DNA from: an uncultured Clostridia bacterium
GTDB taxonomy: Bacteria > Bacillota > Clostridia > Lachnospirales > CALKRZ01
Assembly (NCBI GenBank): GCA_937989765.1
Contig: CALKRZ010000001.1
Coordinates: 1 to 39,059, forward strand
Direction: 5' to 3'
Length of the DNA: 39,059 bases
Both the position numbers and the translations under genes were made by a program. Within the stretch, counting starts at the first letter, position 1. Each line of letters opens with the position of its first letter. Shown in pieces: positions 33,302-39,059 of this stretch. Under the pieces are notes generated by a model. That model was given only the letters and a program-made list of their open reading frames with translations, had not been told where the DNA came from and ran no database searches.

Positions 33302-34597
33302 ATGACATTGAAAAAAATGCTGAGTTTATCCATGGCAACTGTAATGGCTTCATCTGTACTATTAGCCGGTTGTGGAGCAAAAGAACCTGCACAAGCTACA
33401 CCAGATGCACCAAAGGTAGAAACGCCAAAGGCAAAGGCAGACGAACCAGCAGCACCAGTTGAATCTGTAGAGATCTCTATTGCACATTTTAGTGATCCTT
33501 TCGAAACAGAAACAGTGGCTAAACAAATCGATTTATTTATGCAGCAAAATCCTAACATCAAAGTTGTAGCAGAGCCAATCACAGGAGATTTCTGGGAAGT
33601 TTTAAAAACTCGTATGGCTTCTAACAACGAACCTGATGTATTTTATATGGACGTATTCCAAGCGGGATCTTTCATGGATGCAGATCGACTTCTTGCATTA
33701 GATGAACATTTAACGGATTATGATATGGATGATTTTTATGGCTCATTAGTAGATGCATTTAAAGGTACAGACGGCAAAATATATGGTATTCCTAAAGATT
33801 TCAACACGCTACTACTATACTACAATAAGAAAATGCTCGCAGATGCAGGCGTAGAAGTTCCTAAAACTTGGGATGATCTCACTGCAGCAGCCACAAAGTT
33901 AAGCACGGGAGGCAAAAAAGGTCTTGTACTTCAAAATGAACTTCCACGGTTCCAACCCTTCTTCTTCTCTAATGGTGGATCTATGATGAAGGATGGCAAG
34001 CCAGTAGTTAATAGCCCAGAAAATGCAGAAGCGTTAGCATATTGGGTTTCCTTACTTAAAGATGGCAAGATCGGTGATACGCCTGCAAACTTAGGTGTAG
34101 GCTGGGATGGAGATGCATTCGGTCAAGAAATGGTTGCTATGACTGTCGAAGGTGGCTGGATGGTTCCTTACTTGAGAGAAACAGCGCCAGATTTAGATTT
34201 CGGCGTGGCTCAAATCCCTATGAAGAAAAACCCTGCTTCTATGGTATTTACGGTAGCGTATGCTGTATCTGCGAATACTAAACAAGTAGAAGCTTCTACA
34301 AAATTGGCTAAATTTTTATCTAACAAAGAAATGCAACAAATTGTTGTAGATGCGGGGCGTGCAATGCCATCTAGAAAATCTATGGGAGAAATATTTTCTC
34401 AAAAATATCCTGATAGAGCAGAATTTTTTGTAGCCGTTCCTCATGCTTCTGCATTTAATTATGGTGTAATCAGCCCAGCAGTAGTAAAAGAAGTAAATGA
34501 TGCAGCAGTAGGCTTACTGCAAGGTGGAGCTACAGATGCCCAAAAAGCCTTAGATCAAGCGCAAGCAAATATTGATGCAGCCTTGGCAGCACAATAA
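33302..34597 (+). CDS. Sugar ABC transporter substrate-binding lipoprotein
   Basis: AAGGGGGA RBS before the ATG at 33302. Lipobox LLAGCG. Family-1 SBP features (PDVFYMD, GIPKDFNTLLLYYNK). The upstream in-frame extension from 33185 was discarded. Confidence 0.85.
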   Translation: MTLKKMLSLSMATVMASSVLLAGCGAKEPAQATPDAPKVETPKAKADEPAAPVESVEISIAHFSDPFETETVAKQIDLFMQQNPNIKVVAEPITGDFWEVLKTRMASNNEPDVFYMDVFQAGSFMDADRLLALDEHLTDYDMDDFYGSLVDAFKGTDGKIYGIPKDFNTLLLYYNKKMLADAGVEVPKTWDDLTAAATKLSTGGKKGLVLQNELPRFQPFFFSNGGSMMKDGKPVVNSPENAEALAYWVSLLKDGKIGDTPANLGVGWDGDAFGQEMVAMTVEGGWMVPYLRETAPDLDFGVAQIPMKKNPASMVFTVAYAVSANTKQVEASTKLAKFLSNKEMQQIVVDAGRAMPSRKSMGEIFSQKYPDRAEFFVAVPHASAFNYGVISPAVVKEVNDAAVGLLQGGATDAQKALDQAQANIDAALAAQ

Positions 34598-34641
34598 TAA
34601 GCAACCTATACCTAAAAAAAGTATATATGCATATAGTGTTT

Positions 34642-34680
34642 AGTACAAAGAGAACAGCATTTCGTTGTTCTCTTTGTACT
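34642..34680 (+). other. Intra-operon hairpin after the binding-protein gene (no U-tract)
   Basis: AGTACAAAGAGAACAGC-atttc-GTTGTTCTCTTTGTACT: a 17-bp stem with 1 mismatch. Such structures commonly follow SBP genes. Confidence 0.55.
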
Positions 34681-34706
34681 ACATAAGACTTTGAGGGGGT
34701 TTGTGC

Positions 34707-35603
34707 ATGAACCGATGGAAAAGCCCGAGGCTCAGACAGGATATGATTGCAGCATATATCCTTGTGCTGCCTATGGTATTATTTATTCTAGTATTCACAA
34801 TTGGGCCAGTTATTTATGCTTTTCTTCTAAGTTTCCAAAATTTTAATATGCTGGCACCGCAACGTTCCACATTTATTGGACTTAAAAACTATACAGATTT
34901 GTTTAAAGATCCTGTATTTAAAAAAGCACTGATGAATACTTTCACTTATGCAGGGATTGTAGTGCCAGTACAGACGTGTATTGCTCTAGTTTTGGCTGTA
35001 GTAGCCAATCAAAATATCAGAGGAAAAACTTTTTATCGAGTGGCATACTATTTGCCTGCGGTTACTTCTGCGGTGGCAGTCGCAGCCATGTTTATGTTTT
35101 TGTTTAATACAAGAGGTTTAGTGAATAGATTCTTTTCTATATTTGGTTTCCAGTCGGTATCTTGGTTTGCCAATCCCAAGTATGCCCTGCCATTGGCTAT
35201 GATTATGGCGATCTGGTCTACAGTAGGAACATTGATGCTGATTTTTTTGGCAGGCATGCAGGATATACCTGAGTCGGTATATGAAGCTGCAGATGTAGAT
35301 GGTGCGAATAAGATTGTCCAATTTTTCAGTATTACAGTTCCTTTATTGAGAGAAAAGACAATGTTTGTAGTGCTGATCGGATTTATCGGTACACTACAGA
35401 TGTTTGATCAGGCCTATGTAATATCCCAAGGTACCGGAGGTCCTATCAATGCTACGATGACGGTTGTTCTATTCTTATATCTGAAGGCATTTGGTGAAAA
35501 TCGTATGGGATATGGGTCAGCAGCAGCATTTGTTCTATTTATCATTATATTCGCATTGACTGTAGTACAAAAATTAGTTTTCGAAAGAAAAGCAGAAAGC
35601 TAA
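34707..35603 (+). CDS. Sugar ABC transporter permease (MalF/CUT1 type)
   Basis: GAGGGGG lies 7 nt before the ATG at 34707. Six TM segments. EAA loop EAADVDGANKIVQFFSITVPLL. Confidence 0.85.
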   Translation: MNRWKSPRLRQDMIAAYILVLPMVLFILVFTIGPVIYAFLLSFQNFNMLAPQRSTFIGLKNYTDLFKDPVFKKALMNTFTYAGIVVPVQTCIALVLAVVANQNIRGKTFYRVAYYLPAVTSAVAVAAMFMFLFNTRGLVNRFFSIFGFQSVSWFANPKYALPLAMIMAIWSTVGTLMLIFLAGMQDIPESVYEAADVDGANKIVQFFSITVPLLREKTMFVVLIGFIGTLQMFDQAYVISQGTGGPINATMTVVLFLYLKAFGENRMGYGSAAAFVLFIIIFALTVVQKLVFERKAES

Positions 35604-35615
35604 GGAGGGGTTCAG

Positions 35616-36506
35616 ATGGCGGCAAGTAAAACAAAATTAGAAACTAAATCAAGCATAAAGTTGAAACCTGGCAAAAAAACTCATACAGGGGAAGGGTTTA
35701 AGCCTATAAAGATTTTGTTCTATACATTAACCATCGGATATGCATGTATTGCACTGTTCCCGTTCCTTTGGTCTTTCTATACATCCTTACGGCCTACCGC
35801 TGAGGTTTGGAATATGGATTTTAGCATTACAAAACTGACCCTTGATGCGTATATCAATATGGCTACAAAATTCCCCATCTTTAGATGGTATTTTAATAGT
35901 ATTTTAGTGGCGGTACTGGTTACGATCGGCAATGTACTCATTAATAGTATGGCTGGGTATGCATTAGCTCGGATTGATTTTCCAGGCAGAGATTTTTTAT
36001 TTTATCTGGTTCTTGCGATTATGATGATTCCAGGTCAGATCACCATGATTCCTACCTATATGTTGTTATCTAAATTAGGCTGGGTCAATACGTATGTGGG
36101 TCTTACGATCCCATTTGTATTTAGCTGTTTTAATACATTTATGATGCGGCAGTTTTTTGTGAATCTCCCAGCTGCTATCGAAGAAGCAGCAGAAATAGAT
36201 GGACTTGGAAGACTTCAAATTTTCTTAAAAGTGGCTTTTCCATTAGCCAAAGCGCCCATTAGTACACTGATCATTCTTTCTTTCATGGGAAGTTGGAATA
36301 ACTTCTTATTTCCTAACTTGTTAACTACACAGCGAGGAATGTATACTCTACCTGTAGGATTGGCATCTATGAATAATCAGTATTACTCTTTCCCGAATCA
36401 GAGTATGGCAGGGGCTATGTACTTATCGATTCCTATGATTATTGTATTCCTGATCTTCCAAAATTTCTTTATTACAGGGATTGCTAATTCGGGTGGAAAA
36501 GAATAA
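35616..36506 (+). CDS. Sugar ABC transporter permease (MalG/CUT1 type)
   Basis: AAGGAGGGG RBS. EAA loop EAAEIDGLGRLQIFLKVAFPL. Confidence 0.85.
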   Translation: MAASKTKLETKSSIKLKPGKKTHTGEGFKPIKILFYTLTIGYACIALFPFLWSFYTSLRPTAEVWNMDFSITKLTLDAYINMATKFPIFRWYFNSILVAVLVTIGNVLINSMAGYALARIDFPGRDFLFYLVLAIMMIPGQITMIPTYMLLSKLGWVNTYVGLTIPFVFSCFNTFMMRQFFVNLPAAIEEAAEIDGLGRLQIFLKVAFPLAKAPISTLIILSFMGSWNNFLFPNLLTTQRGMYTLPVGLASMNNQYYSFPNQSMAGAMYLSIPMIIVFLIFQNFFITGIANSGGKE

Positions 36507-36508
36507 TA

Positions 36509-36546
36509 AAAACGCTCTCTGCCTACGGGTAGAAAGCGTTTTTATT
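36509..36546 (+). terminator. Rho-independent terminator of the ABC operon
   Basis: AAACGCTCTCTGCC-tacg-GGTAGAAAGCGTTT followed by TTTAT. Confidence 0.6.
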
Positions 36547-36663
36547 GTGGAGTATAGCTTGCATAATAAAGTATATATTGTGAAAACGTGAGAAATATAA
36601 TATGAGTATAGTCATATACGATAAGACAGGGATAATTTCTTTCAATGAGCAGGGGGGCGAACC

Positions 36664-38955
36664 ATGGGTCTCAAATTAAATTTTATATTCAACGATGCAG
36701 GTAAACGTTTGCTAAAAAAAGGTACACAAAAGAAACCTATACGCAGCTGGAAATTACCAAAGCTTGTGGATAGAAGCATAGAGAAAAAAGGTTTGGCACC
36801 TTCTGCTACAGGAAAGAAAGATCCTATTGCTTTCTTGCAAGGAATAGTAAAACCGAGAATTGGGGTTCGAATATTTGTACTATTTGTGCCTGTAATTTTG
36901 GTTGCAGTAATCCTAGTAGGTGTGCAGTCTTACCAGACAGCTAGAGACTCTATTATCAAACAGTTTGAAGCTTCTTCTCTTCAAGGGTTGCAGCAAACCA
37001 ATCTATACTTTAAGGTGATGAGTGAAAAATATGATGCAGAGAGTGTAAAGGCACTGCGAAGTGGAACATTGATCTACCGAGTACAGAGTGAGCCTAGCAA
37101 AGATGCTTCTTTTATGCAGCTCCTTAATCAGGATAGTAATCAATGGCAGGGTGCAGAAAAGGGACAAAAAAAATCAGCTATTGTAGCGGCGATTAGAGAT
37201 CTGCAAGCAGCGGATGTAGCATTACACTCTGTCTGGATTTTGAGAGAAAAAGAAATATCATTTGGAACGGCTGGGTTTGATTTTAAAAGAGAAAATAATA
37301 TTACATATTCAGAGATTCCTTGGTTTAATAAGCTTCAAAATCAAGATGAGAAAGAACGTGGAAATAAGGCTTTTTGGATCAGTACGCATCTAGAAGAATT
37401 CACGACCAAACCGCAGGATGTAATTTCTCTGGTTCGGTGGATTCGGATGCCAAATCCCAAAAATGGTTCATTAGATGGTGGTTTATATATCTTCAATCTT
37501 AAACCTCAATTTCTGGATGAAGCATTAGATGCTTATGAAGAACACGCACCCGAAGGTGCATTTATGTTCATCTTGGATGGAGAAGGAACAGTTTTGAACC
37601 ATCCTAATAAAGAAGTGGTGAAAGAATCATGGAAAGATCAAGAGTATGTGCAAGATATTTTAAATTCTCGAACTTCATATGGGACAACTACGTATCGTGA
37701 AAATGGGGAAACTTATTTTGTTACCTTTAATACTTCTGAAAGTACTGGGTGGAAGCTAGTAGCCGTCACGCCACAGAGTGTGATGATGAAGGATATAGAA
37801 GTAATTAAGTCAAAGATTGTATTTATGGGGATCTTCTGTATATTTTTGGCAGCGATCATTACCGTGCTCCTCTCTATTAGTATTTCAAGACCCATCAATC
37901 GAATGATGCAGATCATGAAGACGGTAGAAGGTGGAGATTTGACCACTCGAATGAAGGTTTCAAGGATGGATGAAATTGGTCTTTTGAGTTTGAGCTTTAA
38001 TACGATGCTTGAAAAGGTACAGCAGCTTTTTGTGCAGTCTGCCAATTCTTCTGTATCAGTGGTAAATGCTTCTCAGAAAATGAATAAAACTACCCAAGAT
38101 AATCTAAAAATTACAAAAGAAATATCTCGAGCGATAGAAAGTATTTCGCAAGGGTTAGAGCAACAATCAGGTAGTCTTACAAATAGTGTAGGTATGATTA
38201 GTCAGCTATCAGATAAGATGGGGATTGTAATTAACTATTCGGGACTCGTTGCTGGGTCTTCTAGACAAGCAAGTCAAGTAAGCAAGCAAGGAAAACAAAC
38301 AGTGAGCAAGCTTCAGGAAAAATCCATACAGACGCAGAAAATTGTGGAGGAAGTCATTACATCTATTCAAGAACTGGGTAAATATTCTGTGACCATCGGC
38401 AATATACTAAAGACCATCACTTTTATTGCCAATGAAACCAATCTCCTCTCTTTGAATGCATCTATTGAAGCAGCTAGAGCAGGAGAAGCAGGAAGAGGTT
38501 TTGCGGTAGTAGCCAATGAAGTGCGAAAACTAGCACAGCAGTCATCAAACGCAGCAGGAGAAATTTCTAGCATTATCGGAAATATTCAAGAAAAGATTAA
38601 AAATGCAGAGGACATTACCTCTAAAGTATATGTAATCACTACAGAGCAGGATGAATATGTGGGCAATACAGCAGGCGCATTTGATGGAATTAATTATTCT
38701 GTGGATATCATTATGAAAGATATTAATAATTTGGATTTGGCCATCGAAGATATGACAGTCTATAAAGATAAGATTCTTGATTTTATTACAGATATTTCGG
38801 CCATATCAGAAGAATCAGCAGCTGCATCAGAAGAAATCTCTGCCTCTACTATGGAGCAAGGGAGTGCTATGGAATCTCTAGCAGAATATGCAGATCACCT
38901 CAATGAAATAGCAGGACAACTTCAGCAGTCCATTCGTCATTTCAAGATTTCATAA
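36664..38955 (+). CDS. Methyl-accepting chemotaxis protein (Cache-like sensor, HAMP, MA domain)
   Basis: Two TM segments flank a ~290-aa extracytoplasmic domain. HAMP region. Signalling hairpin [30 protein letters not shown]. An unusual ~65-aa Lys-rich segment precedes TM1. Confidence 0.85.
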   Translation: MGLKLNFIFNDAGKRLLKKGTQKKPIRSWKLPKLVDRSIEKKGLAPSATGKKDPIAFLQGIVKPRIGVRIFVLFVPVILVAVILVGVQSYQTARDSIIKQFEASSLQGLQQTNLYFKVMSEKYDAESVKALRSGTLIYRVQSEPSKDASFMQLLNQDSNQWQGAEKGQKKSAIVAAIRDLQAADVALHSVWILREKEISFGTAGFDFKRENNITYSEIPWFNKLQNQDEKERGNKAFWISTHLEEFTTKPQDVISLVRWIRMPNPKNGSLDGGLYIFNLKPQFLDEALDAYEEHAPEGAFMFILDGEGTVLNHPNKEVVKESWKDQEYVQDILNSRTSYGTTTYRENGETYFVTFNTSESTGWKLVAVTPQSVMMKDIEVIKSKIVFMGIFCIFLAAIITVLLSISISRPINRMMQIMKTVEGGDLTTRMKVSRMDEIGLLSLSFNTMLEKVQQLFVQSANSSVSVVNASQKMNKTTQDNLKITKEISRAIESISQGLEQQSGSLTNSVGMISQLSDKMGIVINYSGLVAGSSRQASQVSKQGKQTVSKLQEKSIQTQKIVEEVITSIQELGKYSVTIGNILKTITFIANETNLLSLNASIEAARAGEAGRGFAVVANEVRKLAQQSSNAAGEISSIIGNIQEKIKNAEDITSKVYVITTEQDEYVGNTAGAFDGINYSVDIIMKDINNLDLAIEDMTVYKDKILDFITDISAISEESAAASEEISASTMEQGSAMESLAEYADHLNEIAGQLQQSIRHFKIS

Positions 38956-39021
38956 TCTTTTTGTGAAATCTACATAGTAATAAGGTAAATATCTTAATAA
39001 ATACTAATTTTTATAAAAAAA

Positions 39022-39059
39022 GGGGCTGTCGCACAAGCAGTTAATAAACTGCTGTGCAC
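39022..39059. terminator. Partial hairpin at the window edge (possible MCP terminator)
   Basis: GGGGCTGTCGCACAAGCAGTT-aataa-ACTGCTGTGCAC, preceded by an A-run. The right arm is cut off by the window end. Confidence 0.3.

Overview
This 39-kb window looks like a chromosomal segment of a low-GC, spore-forming Firmicute (Clostridia-like). That placement rests on a cotJABC operon, an SLH domain and a WalRK locus with YycH/YycI. All calls come from reading motifs by eye; no searches were run. I support 31 protein genes. (1) A cell-wall homeostasis block: LysM/G5/M23 hydrolase, MA-type metalloprotease, walR-walK, an extra secreted KE-rich gene, yycH, yycI, murA, walJ. (2) Envelope and signalling genes: GDPD-like esterase, an LtaS-family enzyme with a C-terminal SLH repeat, an HD-GYP protein. 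(3) cotJA-cotJB-cotJC and a Dabb-barrel gene. (4) A dispersed alpha-glucoside/maltodextrin set: pgmB, GH65 phosphorylase, LacI regulator, malQ, and a sugar ABC binding protein with two permeases. (5) Lipid genes (cls, plsC), a Uma2 nuclease and a small membrane protein. (6) A fully low-complexity Gly/Met-rich lipoprotein, ppx-ppk and an MCP. I see no rRNA, tRNA, CRISPR array, transposase, integrase, phage gene or recognisable defence operon. The unexplained structure is non-coding. A foldback repeat family has four copies at 1538-1701, 14442-14732, 22644-22812 and 26281-26449. It has a conserved, orientation-specific ~77-nt core, arms that covary to keep pairing, and perfect 8-bp target duplications on the two best copies. 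All four copies lie just 3' of a stop codon and read sense to that gene. A different 158-bp foldback is nested in one copy. A third 276-bp element (22-bp perfect TIR, 10-bp direct repeats) sits in a divergent promoter region. Smaller observations: an in-frame 3 x 18-bp tandem repeat in the WalK ATPase domain, a perfect WalR box inside the wal operon, a shared 17-mer LacI-type operator upstream of two sugar operons, and a 28-bp palindromic terminator whose arms encode the tails of both convergent genes. I cannot show that any of this is a new protein-based system. The repeat family is my best candidate for something undescribed.
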